Positions 8,484-17,979 of a stretch of 64,000 bases of DNA are shown here, piece after piece. Each line of letters begins with the position of its first letter. Position 1 is the first letter of the stretch. The notes under the pieces were generated by a model. It did not search any database. It was given only the letters and a program-made list of their open reading frames with translations, and was not told the origin of the DNA. Both the position numbers and the translations under genes were made by a program. Source of the DNA: a virus; the IMG/VR virus record IMGVR_UViG_3300032213_001813, positions 32,001 through 96,000 of that record, one strand, 5' to 3'.

Positions 8484-11400
8484 TGTCTTTAATTAACGAT
8501 ATAATAGAAAAGTGGGCTGATAGATTGGAAAATAGGGCGCCAAATCCCAATAATCCAACTCACATTAGCGAATTATCTTCCATACTAACCGAAATGGGAT
8601 TGAGTGAGATAAAAGATGAATTGATAGAAAACTTAACTGAAGCTGATAAACAATTCAGTAATCCTCTTTTAAATAAAGTAATTACTTATCAAAACGAAAA
8701 AGGAGAGCAAAAGAAAGCACCTATTGGAAATCTATTAAGATTAGCCGCTGACCATCCTGGTAGAAAGGCAGCTGAAGCAATGTTACCAAAAGATGGTACT
8801 CCTGAAAGAAAAGAATTAAACAAATCATTGGGTTCTGAAAAAGATGGTAGAAGTGTACCAACTGCTAATAATACTAAAAAAGGTGGTGAAGATAAACCAA
8901 AACCTACGGATGGTGGTGAAGATAAACCAAACGAAAAACCACAAACAAATCCAATGTTTACTAAAGATGCTGACCCAGCAATGGCGGCTAGAATAGATAC
9001 TGAAAAACAAACATTGGATAAACTTGCAAAAGCTGATAAGCCGGAACAATCTACGGAATTGGAACCTGTAAGTAGTGACCCTAATTCTAAAGCAAAGAAA
9101 TTTAAAGGAGAAACTTCTGGTAAAGATATTCAAACAATACCAATGGAAGGTGGTGGGCAGGTATATGGTACTGTTCATAGAAATAGAAAAATGGTTGATG
9201 ATATAATCAATCACATAAAAGCCACAATACCTGAAGAAAAATGGAAAGATATTGTATTTGTAGGTGAGGGTGGTTCAACTAATGATAGTGGAGAATTGGT
9301 ATTTTACGATGAAATGAAATATGCAGCTCCTAAATTCAAACAATTAGGTGCTGGTATTGATACTTGGGATGGTGATGAATTGGATGTGCATGATGACCAA
9401 TCTAAATTATACAAAAGACAGATAGAAAAAACAGGTTTTAACCAATCGCAGGTTAAAGCTGGAAACTGGGCAAGTATGATTGGGCAAGGTGAGGGTACTG
9501 ATACCATGTCTCCTAATGATTATTTAGATGATGAAGGTAAAAAGTTCTTACAAGATGAAGCAGTAAATGCTGGATTCCCACCAATAGAAAATTGGGATAA
9601 CCCAACGGATAAAGATATAGATACATTATATAGATTATCATTCCCAGAAGATTATGGTGATAAGGAAACAAAGATAAATGATATTCAAGTTGCTTTTAAT
9701 GAAATTAGAGATGAAAATCTTATAGAAAAAACAAAGCAATTACAATCACAAGGTAAAATACCGATTACAATAGCAGGTGAGAGTCATATTGAATTAGTGG
9801 ATAAAATGATGCAAAAATCAGAAAAACCGGATTCGGATTTCAAACCGGTAGAACCATCTGATGTAACTAAAGAAATACCAAAGGCAGATTCTGCTGCATT
9901 TAGTGGACAATCGGATATTGATAAAATAACAAAGCAGGAGAGAAAAGAAATCTCAATGAAAATCGATGAGTTAAATAAAATGACTCAAGATGCAATTGAA
10001 AAAGGTGAAAAAGCTCCAAACTATAACTTATGCCAAATAACTGTTCCTGGTACAAACTTATATTGTGATAACAATTTAGGAATACCAAGAGAGGATATGC
10101 CACAATTCAAAGGAAAACCACAACCCGGAACTCCGGCTGCGGATATGCCTGTTGATAAAAATGGTGAAGTAGATACCGAACCTCTATTCAAACAAATGTT
10201 GGCTGATAGAGGTGTTAAAGTATTAGATACTGAAATACCATCGGATTCCCTAAAAGCAACTCAATCAGAATTAGTTGGTTCGAAAGTGGCTGGAATGACG
10301 AAAGCATTAGAAAAAGACCCTAATCACCCAGCAATAACTGCACCAATTTATGTAAGTAGAGATGGGTATGTAGTAGATGGTCATCATCGTTGGGCAGCTG
10401 TAACTTCGGCAGCAATTAAAGCTGGAAAACCTACTGATATGAAAGTTAGGGTTATTGATATGGATGCAAAGGATATCATACCAATGGCTAACAAATTTGC
10501 GGAAGAGCAAGGTGTTGCTGCTAAAAAAGCAGATGCAAATCAAGAAGGACCTAAATCTGATATAGCTAGTGTACCAAAAGTAGAAGATGAAAAAGGTAAA
10601 ACCGCAAAAACTCCATCTGGTAAAAAATTATATAGTGTGGGTGGTGGTTATTATTCGGATAGACCGGATGGTGAACCTAAATTTATCAGAACTGAAGTAG
10701 TAGCTAGAAAAGCATTTTTGGAAGGCGATGAAAAGGCATATTTATTAATATTTGAAGCCGAATTTTCAGCAGATGTTGAAGGTGGTGAGTCTGGTAGATT
10801 TAAAGAAATACCTGAAAAAGATAGAAAAGATGCAGCTGAAGATTTAAAGGATACACAACCATCAACTGATACAACGGCTCAAAAACCAACCAAAAAAAGA
10901 GGTAAGAAAAATAAAGAATTAGACCAAACAAAAGATACAAAAAATGAATTTAATAATGGTAATCTATCAAAAGATGGTGTTACTGATGAACAATTTGGTG
11001 CTAATAAAAAAATAAAACCAACTCCAAATCAAATTAAAGTTGAACAAATTGAAAAATTCTTTTTAGATAAAAATGGAAATACAAAATTCCCTAAAAAATA
11101 TTTGAAAGTTTTAGCTAGAATGCTTAGTACAAAACCTGGTGGGGTAACTATATCTGATTTTACAGATGCGTCTGGAGCGGGTACATTATCATCAACAATG
11201 GGTGAACTACTTACATTGATGGCAGTTACTATTAAAGATGATAATGAGGCAAAAGAATTCTTTAATATGTTAAGACAGCATGTTAAATCAAATGGTAAAG
11301 ATTCAATTATTGATATTGGGTGGGTAAACTCAGCTGAAAAAGTTAGACAGACTCAATTTAATAGATATAATAGAAAATATGGAAAGGGTAATTGGGAATT

Positions 11401-12562
11401 AGATAATATGGCATGGGATGTTGAAAGTGAAGTTGATGCTATGGGTATGGAAAACTATAAACAAAATAAAGGATTCTCAACCGATGTTTATGCAAAAATT
11501 AAAGTTGGTGGAAAATACATATTAGATGAAATTTCACTTAAAAAAGAAATTAAAGCAAATTTATTGAATGCAACATCTGGTAGAGTTGCTGATATTATGG
11601 TGAGGGGATTGGCATCTGATGAAGATTTGGTAATATATGATGATTTAAACGCTAAAATAGACTCATTGATGGGACTAAAAGATGCCGCATCTAAAAGAGA
11701 AAAAGCAGAATTGGTAGCACAAAGAGATGCAATGGTTGAGAAATACAATGTTAATGTACCCGATGATGTTAAGGTATCTAATGTTCAAAAGAAGCAAAGA
11801 TTATTACATGAGGATTTTGTTAAAAAAGGAGTTAATGAAATTTCAGGGTTTTTAAATAAATTTTGTAATAAAACCGATAAGAAATATAGAGAAAATGCAG
11901 TAAATGTTATGACAACTACATTAAATCAAAAGCCTGATTATAAACCAAAAGTAACACAACAATTAGATACATTATGTTCGATAATGCCGACGGGTGGTTT
12001 CAAAACAGCTGAAGATTATAATAATGCATTAAAGGTAGCAAAAATTGGAGATACTTCGGATATGCAAAAATTAAATATGGCTTTTATGTCAGCAATTTCA
12101 TCAGAAAATCCACAATCTCAAGCTTCTAAATCACTTAATATGATTACTAAAAATTCTCATAATCACTCTAAGGCAGTTAGAAAATTTTTATTAGAAGACC
12201 CAGCTGCTAGAAGAGGATTGCTTGGTTCTATTAGAGAAGCATTTCCATTAAAAGCATTATTTGAGGGGGAAGAAAATATGATTTTAGGTGATGTTAGTGT
12301 TGATAGAGATGTATTAAAAGATGTTTTTGGAGTCGATTCATATGACCAATTGGAGCAAAAATTAACTGTAAGAGATACACCACCACCACCATCTATTGTT
12401 TATAGAGTTGCTGGTAATGAAGATATACCAGTTGCTGAAATAGTTTCTAGACCAGATGGTATTGGTTATGGTGGGAGTTGGAAACTTATTATGGCAGTAC
12501 ATCCTGATTTTGCTAAAAAATTAAAAGAATCAAATGAAAGATTAAACTCTAAAATTCAATAA
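8483..12562 (+). CDS. 1359-aa mosaic protein with a ParB/Srx-like domain and a possible C-terminal PD-(D/E)xK-like domain; probable virion-internal protein
   Basis: IYVSRDGYVVDGHHRWAAV is a ParB/Srx motif; STDVY...ILDEISLKK is a restriction-fold-like pattern. Domains are separated by charged low-complexity linkers. Confidence 0.6.
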   Translation: MSLINDIIEKWADRLENRAPNPNNPTHISELSSILTEMGLSEIKDELIENLTEADKQFSNPLLNKVITYQNEKGEQKKAPIGNLLRLAADHPGRKAAEAMLPKDGTPERKELNKSLGSEKDGRSVPTANNTKKGGEDKPKPTDGGEDKPNEKPQTNPMFTKDADPAMAARIDTEKQTLDKLAKADKPEQSTELEPVSSDPNSKAKKFKGETSGKDIQTIPMEGGGQVYGTVHRNRKMVDDIINHIKATIPEEKWKDIVFVGEGGSTNDSGELVFYDEMKYAAPKFKQLGAGIDTWDGDELDVHDDQSKLYKRQIEKTGFNQSQVKAGNWASMIGQGEGTDTMSPNDYLDDEGKKFLQDEAVNAGFPPIENWDNPTDKDIDTLYRLSFPEDYGDKETKINDIQVAFNEIRDENLIEKTKQLQSQGKIPITIAGESHIELVDKMMQKSEKPDSDFKPVEPSDVTKEIPKADSAAFSGQSDIDKITKQERKEISMKIDELNKMTQDAIEKGEKAPNYNLCQITVPGTNLYCDNNLGIPREDMPQFKGKPQPGTPAADMPVDKNGEVDTEPLFKQMLADRGVKVLDTEIPSDSLKATQSELVGSKVAGMTKALEKDPNHPAITAPIYVSRDGYVVDGHHRWAAVTSAAIKAGKPTDMKVRVIDMDAKDIIPMANKFAEEQGVAAKKADANQEGPKSDIASVPKVEDEKGKTAKTPSGKKLYSVGGGYYSDRPDGEPKFIRTEVVARKAFLEGDEKAYLLIFEAEFSADVEGGESGRFKEIPEKDRKDAAEDLKDTQPSTDTTAQKPTKKRGKKNKELDQTKDTKNEFNNGNLSKDGVTDEQFGANKKIKPTPNQIKVEQIEKFFLDKNGNTKFPKKYLKVLARMLSTKPGGVTISDFTDASGAGTLSSTMGELLTLMAVTIKDDNEAKEFFNMLRQHVKSNGKDSIIDIGWVNSAEKVRQTQFNRYNRKYGKGNWELDNMAWDVESEVDAMGMENYKQNKGFSTDVYAKIKVGGKYILDEISLKKEIKANLLNATSGRVADIMVRGLASDEDLVIYDDLNAKIDSLMGLKDAASKREKAELVAQRDAMVEKYNVNVPDDVKVSNVQKKQRLLHEDFVKKGVNEISGFLNKFCNKTDKKYRENAVNVMTTTLNQKPDYKPKVTQQLDTLCSIMPTGGFKTAEDYNNALKVAKIGDTSDMQKLNMAFMSAISSENPQSQASKSLNMITKNSHNHSKAVRKFLLEDPAARRGLLGSIREAFPLKALFEGEENMILGDVSVDRDVLKDVFGVDSYDQLEQKLTVRDTPPPPSIVYRVAGNEDIPVAEIVSRPDGIGYGGSWKLIMAVHPDFAKKLKESNERLNSKIQ

Positions 12563-12597
12563 AATTTCACCAAAACTATGTTTCAATCGTAATTTGA

Positions 12598-12605
12598 TAT
12601 TTATT
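12598..12605 (+). promoter_or_regulatory. Putative late-promoter motif TATTTATT
   Basis: Recurring motif in the gap before ORF 12636. Confidence 0.45.
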
Positions 12606-12635
12606 AAAAGAATACTGAATTACAACGAAAGATAG

Positions 12636-13049
12636 ATGAAGACACAGTTACTTTGTACGTTTACAACAAAAGAAGAGTTACAAAATACTCTACAACAAAT
12701 TAGAGAAATATATCACATAGTTTACAACTATATCTATATTTTACAAAATAAATCAAGTTTGGATGAGTTGTTTATAACGTACAATATAGATACTGCGTTT
12801 CAACCATCTACTCCATTAGAAAACACAATTCTTATCCATAGAAAGAAAGAATCAAATACTTTATATACAATCAATGCTCTTAACGAATTAGTTAAAGAAG
12901 AGAATGGTGGGGTTTTAAACTCCAACTTTGTAATTGATTGGCCTAAGTTCAAAAACTCAATTATACTTACAAACGCAACCGGTACAAAAAAGATACAAAC
13001 TCGGGTTTTTGAAGTAATCTCATTTGGAGATGAAAATAAAAGTGAGTAA
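12636..13049 (+). CDS. Hypothetical protein
   Basis: 137-aa ORF; no motif recognised. Confidence 0.7.
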   Translation: MKTQLLCTFTTKEELQNTLQQIREIYHIVYNYIYILQNKSSLDELFITYNIDTAFQPSTPLENTILIHRKKESNTLYTINALNELVKEENGGVLNSNFVIDWPKFKNSIILTNATGTKKIQTRVFEVISFGDENKSE

Positions 13050-13063
13050 TATTTATATCTGAT

Positions 13064-13834
13064 ATGTACAAAGTTAGGGGATACATCAAACCGGAAAATG
13101 CATTCCACACAATTGAAGAGTGGGAGATGATTTGCTACGAATTTTTGGGTTTGGAGCAAAAAGGATTTGATACAAGAGGTGGACAAATTGATTATAGTCC
13201 TCAATTGATAGATTTAATAAATAAACACTTCTCGTACCAACTATATATCGAAACTCAACAATTTCCAGACCAAACTCGTAAAAAGGTATTGGATTTTATT
13301 GAAGATTTTGTAAATCATAGAGTTTGGTCTTTAAGAAAAGAATATAAAGATTATTTAGTTAATATAGATAATGATAAAATTGCGTTCTTTTATTCAAGAG
13401 GTGCAACCGAACCATATCTATTATTAGATAAGCAATTTACGATGGATACTTATGGTACTACTGATGAAGAAGTAACAGTATTACATTGGACTTCAAAAGA
13501 AGGTTTGATTAATTTAGCGGATAGTGTTAAGAATGGATATAAATTTTCAGTATCAACATTTACAACACAAGCTAAAGACTTTTTTAGACCGGAGAGTAAT
13601 ATATTAGTAAAATTAAAAGGAACATTAGTAGCAGCATTCAAATCAGATGCTAAAACCTTTGCAACCGATAGAGGAAACAAAGCAGTTAATATGTTTAGGT
13701 TATCGTATCCTGGTAATGAAAGTAATCTTTGCCGTAACATAGAGGATTGTAAAGATAATAAAACAGCCCTATGGAATGAAATAGTTATAGTACCAAATGA
13801 AATTTTGGAATACAAAGAAATTAAAAAATATTAA
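13064..13834 (+). CDS. Hypothetical protein
   Basis: 256-aa ORF; no motif recognised. Confidence 0.7.
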   Translation: MYKVRGYIKPENAFHTIEEWEMICYEFLGLEQKGFDTRGGQIDYSPQLIDLINKHFSYQLYIETQQFPDQTRKKVLDFIEDFVNHRVWSLRKEYKDYLVNIDNDKIAFFYSRGATEPYLLLDKQFTMDTYGTTDEEVTVLHWTSKEGLINLADSVKNGYKFSVSTFTTQAKDFFRPESNILVKLKGTLVAAFKSDAKTFATDRGNKAVNMFRLSYPGNESNLCRNIEDCKDNKTALWNEIVIVPNEILEYKEIKKY

Positions 13835-13838
13835 AACT

Positions 13839-14705
13839 ATGTTATTGAAAAGAGGAGATAATAACGAAGATGTAAAAAAATTACAAACCAAATTGGGATT
13901 AGAACCAATTGGTAATTTTGGCCCGAAAACGGAAGATGCTGTAAAAGCATGGCAAGCAAAGAATGGTTTAACTGCCGATGGCATTGTTGGACCTAATACT
14001 TGGAACAAAATTATGGGAGTTACCCAAGTTCCAAAACCAGTAGCACAACCAACCGCACCTGCACCACAACCTGTTGCATCTGCACCTGTTGCAAGTGTAG
14101 CTGGATTGAATTTAGCAAAATTAAAAGGACATATTCCTGATGCAGTAATTGCAATGATACCCGATACCGCTGCAAAGTTTGGTATCAATACACCATTACG
14201 ATTGGCACACTTCTTAGCACAATGTGGACACGAAAGTGGAGGATTTAGAGCAACGCAAGAAAACCTAAACTATTCTGCGAAAGGTTTGATGGGTATATTC
14301 AAAAAGTATTTCCCAACTTCAGCATTAGCAGCAGCTTACGAAAGAAAGCCGGAAAAGATTGCAAATAGAGTATATGGTGGTAGAATGGGTAATGGAGCAG
14401 AAGCAAGTGGTGAGGGTTACAAATTCAGAGGAAGAGGATACATCCAATTGACAGGAAAAGAAAACTATACTGCATTTGGTAAATCAATAGGTGAAGATAT
14501 GACAGTGAATCAAGATAAAGTAGCAGGACCATATGCATTATTATCAGCAGCTTGGTTCTTTTCTAAAAACGGATTACATAGAATAGCAGATGAGGGAAGT
14601 TCAGATGCAGTTGTAACAAAAATTACTAAAAGAGTAAACGGGGGTACAATTGGTTTGGCAGACAGAATCAAACATTTCAAAGAGTACTATCACTTATTAG
14701 CATAA
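13839..14705 (+). CDS. Endolysin: PG-binding domain, Pro/Ala linker and GH19 catalytic domain
   Basis: N-terminal LLKRGD...VKKLQ...GNFGPKT...ADGIVGPNTW (PG_binding_1); FLAQCGHESGGF, FRGRGYIQLTG, TKRVNGG (GH19). Start placed at ATG 13839, after the upstream stop at 13834. Confidence 0.9.
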   Translation: MLLKRGDNNEDVKKLQTKLGLEPIGNFGPKTEDAVKAWQAKNGLTADGIVGPNTWNKIMGVTQVPKPVAQPTAPAPQPVASAPVASVAGLNLAKLKGHIPDAVIAMIPDTAAKFGINTPLRLAHFLAQCGHESGGFRATQENLNYSAKGLMGIFKKYFPTSALAAAYERKPEKIANRVYGGRMGNGAEASGEGYKFRGRGYIQLTGKENYTAFGKSIGEDMTVNQDKVAGPYALLSAAWFFSKNGLHRIADEGSSDAVVTKITKRVNGGTIGLADRIKHFKEYYHLLA

Positions 14706-14707
14706 AC

Positions 14708-14737
14708 AAAAGGGAGAACGAAAGTTTTCCCTTTTTT
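14708..14737 (+). terminator. Intrinsic terminator after the endolysin gene
   Basis: GGGAGAAC-GAAA-GTTTTCCC hairpin followed by T6. Confidence 0.85.
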
Positions 14738-14738
14738 A

Positions 14739-14770
14739 TTTGGAATTGTAACAAATTATTAGTATCTTTG
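14739..14770 (+). promoter_or_regulatory. Bacteroidota-type promoter 1 of the ssb-uvsX operon
   Basis: TTTG 14739-14742, N20, TATCTTTG 14763-14770. Confidence 0.75.
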
Positions 14771-14818
14771 TTACAATTATATGAAAAATATCTGCATAAA
14801 AAAAAGTTTAAAAAAACA

Positions 14819-14869
14819 TTTGGTATTATCAAATATTCTTCGTATCTTTGTAAGAACGTTATATTTATA
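14819..14869 (+). promoter_or_regulatory. Bacteroidota-type promoter 2 plus late motif of the ssb-uvsX operon
   Basis: TTTG 14819-14822, N20, TATCTTTG 14843-14850; TATTTATA at 14862-14869. Confidence 0.75.
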
Positions 14870-14936
14870 TAGGACGTCGGTGTAGGACAGACACCCAAAT
14901 AAAACCATAAAACATAAACTCTTAAAACTCAAAAAA

Positions 14937-15773
14937 ATGGCTATTAATTTAGATGCTATCAGAGGTAGACTGAACAAACTACAATCAACCACATCGAAGA
15001 AAGTAGAATTGTGGAAACCAACACCGGGCAAACATCAAATCCGTTTAGTTCCGTATAAGTTCAACGAAGAGAATCCTTTTATTGAACTTTATTTTCATTA
15101 CAACATTAACAACAAATCTTATTTATCTCCAATGTCATTTGGCAGACCGGACCCAATTGTTGAGTTCGCTGACAAATTAAAACGTATGGGTGATAAGGAA
15201 GATTGGAAAGCAGCGAAAAAGATGGAGCCGAAACTTCGTACATTCGTACCAGTATTGGTAAGGGGTGAAGAAGGAGAAGGTGTTCGTTTTTGGGGTTTCG
15301 GTAAGACTGTTTACCAAGAAATCTTAGGATATATGGCTGACCCAGACTACGGCGATATTACTGACCCAACAACTGGTAGAGATATCACTGTTGAGATTGT
15401 ATCGGCTGAAGATAGTGGTACATCATACCCTGTTACAACAATCAGAGTAAAACCAAAAGAAACACCATTGGTAGAATCAGCGGAGGAAACTAAGAAATTC
15501 CTTACAAGCCAAATGGAAATCACAGACCTTTATCAAGAATTAACTTATTCAGAGTTGAAAAGTGTGTTAGAGGGATGGTTAAACCCATCTGCAACCGGTG
15601 ATGATGAATTAGAAACATCAGTATCGGCTCAAACATTATCTTCAACGGCATCACCTGCGGAATCGGTAATTCCAACACCAACACCGAAAGTGGAGGCAGT
15701 AACGGAAGCACCAGCACCAACTAAGAAATTAGATGATGTAACATCTGCATTTGATGACCTTTTCAACAACTAA
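14937..15773 (+). CDS. T4 gp32-like single-stranded DNA-binding protein
   Basis: WKPTPGKHQIRLVP, FWGFGKTVY, DITDPTTGRDI, and an acidic tail ending AFDDLFNN. Confidence 0.85.
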   Translation: MAINLDAIRGRLNKLQSTTSKKVELWKPTPGKHQIRLVPYKFNEENPFIELYFHYNINNKSYLSPMSFGRPDPIVEFADKLKRMGDKEDWKAAKKMEPKLRTFVPVLVRGEEGEGVRFWGFGKTVYQEILGYMADPDYGDITDPTTGRDITVEIVSAEDSGTSYPVTTIRVKPKETPLVESAEETKKFLTSQMEITDLYQELTYSELKSVLEGWLNPSATGDDELETSVSAQTLSSTASPAESVIPTPTPKVEAVTEAPAPTKKLDDVTSAFDDLFNN

Positions 15774-15784
15774 AATAAGTTATT

Positions 15785-16906
15785 ATGGCAAAAAAGGAAA
15801 TTGAGTTAGCAGATATACTTGCTGAAACTCTAAACAAACAATCTAAAGACCAGAAAGTGGCATTCTTTTTGGATTCGGATGAAGCACCTACAAATGTAGA
15901 AGGTTGGGTATCAACTGGAGCATCATTGTTGGATGTGGCTATCTCAAATCGCCCTTATGGTGGATTGCCTGTTGGTAGAATTACCGAAGTTACTGGGTTG
16001 GAGCAGAGTGGTAAATCGCTCTTATCCGCCCACCTTCTTGCCGAAACGCAAAAGTTAGGTGGATTGGCAGTATTAATTGATACTGAAAATGCAGTAAGTG
16101 CGGAGTTCTTAAACGCAATTGGAGTAGATGTATCTAAAATGCTTTATGTAGCAGCTGAAACTGTGGAAGAGTGTTTTGAGTACACCGAAACAATTATCGA
16201 AAAGGTGAGAGTTGCATCGAAGGATAAGTATGTAACTATCGTAGTAGATTCAGTAGCAGCAGCATCAACTAAAAAGGAGATGGATGCTGATTACGATAAA
16301 GATGGATACGCTACCGATAAGGCAATTATTATCTCAAAAGCAATGCGTAAAATCACTAACTTAATTGGTAGACAGAAAATCACTTTGGTTTTCACAAATC
16401 AATTAAGACAGAAGATGAACGCTATGCCATTCTCTGACCCGTGGACAACTTCTGGTGGTAAGGCAATCGCTTTCCATGCTTCGGTTCGTTTACGATTGAA
16501 GGGTATGGGTACAATTAAAGCAAAAGACAAGAATGGAAATGACCAAATTGTGGGAATTAAAGTTCGTTGTCAGGTTGTAAAGAATCGTATGGGCCCACCA
16601 TTACGAACTGCAGATTTTGATATCTTCTTTGATAGAGGTATTGATAACTACGGAGCTTGGTTGGGTAGTATGAAAGACAATAACTTACTAAAAGCTGCTG
16701 GAGCATGGTACACTTATGTGGACACTGATACAGGTGAAGAAATTAAGTTCCAATCAAAGGATTTTCCTCAATTGTTGGAAACTAATCAATCAGTTAAAGA
16801 CCAAATCTACAAGCGTATTTGTGAGGCAACCATCTTACAATACAAAAAGGGTAGTACACTGGATTCAGAAGAACTATTTGTAGATTCGGAAGTTATTGGA
16901 GATTAA
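15785..16906 (+). CDS. uvsX: RecA/UvsX recombinase
   Basis: Walker A GLEQSGKS, Walker B IVVDSVAA, FTNQLR, TTSGGKAIAFHASVRL, VVKNRMGPP. Confidence 0.95.
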   Translation: MAKKEIELADILAETLNKQSKDQKVAFFLDSDEAPTNVEGWVSTGASLLDVAISNRPYGGLPVGRITEVTGLEQSGKSLLSAHLLAETQKLGGLAVLIDTENAVSAEFLNAIGVDVSKMLYVAAETVEECFEYTETIIEKVRVASKDKYVTIVVDSVAAASTKKEMDADYDKDGYATDKAIIISKAMRKITNLIGRQKITLVFTNQLRQKMNAMPFSDPWTTSGGKAIAFHASVRLRLKGMGTIKAKDKNGNDQIVGIKVRCQVVKNRMGPPLRTADFDIFFDRGIDNYGAWLGSMKDNNLLKAAGAWYTYVDTDTGEEIKFQSKDFPQLLETNQSVKDQIYKRICEATILQYKKGSTLDSEELFVDSEVIGD

Positions 16907-16929
16907 TTAACTAATATGTTACAAACAAA

Positions 16930-17973
16930 ATGAAAGAACTTTACAAAAAATTACTCAATGAAGTAGAAACGGAACACGACTCAAACTCCCAAAGAGTGAG
17001 AAATAGTAGAGTTCTTATCATTGATGGACTAAATACCTTCATCCGTAGCTGGACAACTAATCCTACAATGAATGAGGATGGTGACCATACGGGTGGAGTT
17101 ATTGGTTCATTGAAATCAATAGGGTTTGGTATTCGCCAATTTAACCCTACAAGAGTTATCCTTACTTTTGATGGTAAGGGTGGTTCTAATGGAAGAAAAA
17201 AGATTTATGAGGGATATAAATCTGAAAGAGGTAAGAATCGTTTCAGAGTCAATAGACAGTATCCCGAAATGATGACCCAAGAAGATGAGCAGGTATCTAT
17301 GAAACGCCAATTTGTATGGTTGGTAGATATATTAGATAGTTTGCCTGTTACAACAATGGTATATGATGGTATAGAAGCCGATGATGTTATCGGACACATC
17401 ACTACACAACTATTGGGTGAGGATGAAGAGTGTGTAATCGTATCTACTGATAAGGATTTCCTACAATTGGTAAATGATAAGGTCACAATCTATTCTCCAA
17501 CTAAAAAGAAAAAATATGATAGGAAAGCGGTATTTGAAGAGTATGGCTTATATCCACAAAATCTACTTCTATTCAGAACGTTGGATGGGGATAATTCGGA
17601 TAATATTCCGGGTGTAAAGGGATGTGGATTAAAGACATTACTAAAAAGATTCCCAGAGTTAAGTGAAGATAGAAAGATAGAATTTGATGAGTTTTTTGAT
17701 ATTGCGGAAACTAAAGTCAAAGAATCTAAATTATATTCTGATATCGTAGCTAACAAAGATGTTATTTTAAGAAATCAACAATTAATGCAATTAGAAGAAC
17801 CTATAATTTCCACTAACGAAAAGATGAAAATTTTAGATAGGTTTAGAGAACCAAATAAGAAGTTTGAAAAGATGGAGTTCTTTAAGGTAGGAGCTAAATA
17901 CAAAATCCTACAAAATTGGAGTGATATTAATGATTGGTTAAAATCAACATTTTCAAACATTATAGTTAAATAA
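16930..17973 (+). CDS. rnh: 5'-3' exonuclease / flap endonuclease (T4 RNase H-like)
   Basis: IIDGLN, YKSER, EADDVI, STDKD, DGDNSDNIPGVKGCG. Confidence 0.92.
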   Translation: MKELYKKLLNEVETEHDSNSQRVRNSRVLIIDGLNTFIRSWTTNPTMNEDGDHTGGVIGSLKSIGFGIRQFNPTRVILTFDGKGGSNGRKKIYEGYKSERGKNRFRVNRQYPEMMTQEDEQVSMKRQFVWLVDILDSLPVTTMVYDGIEADDVIGHITTQLLGEDEECVIVSTDKDFLQLVNDKVTIYSPTKKKKYDRKAVFEEYGLYPQNLLLFRTLDGDNSDNIPGVKGCGLKTLLKRFPELSEDRKIEFDEFFDIAETKVKESKLYSDIVANKDVILRNQQLMQLEEPIISTNEKMKILDRFREPNKKFEKMEFFKVGAKYKILQNWSDINDWLKSTFSNIIVK

Positions 17974-17979
17974 AAATAA

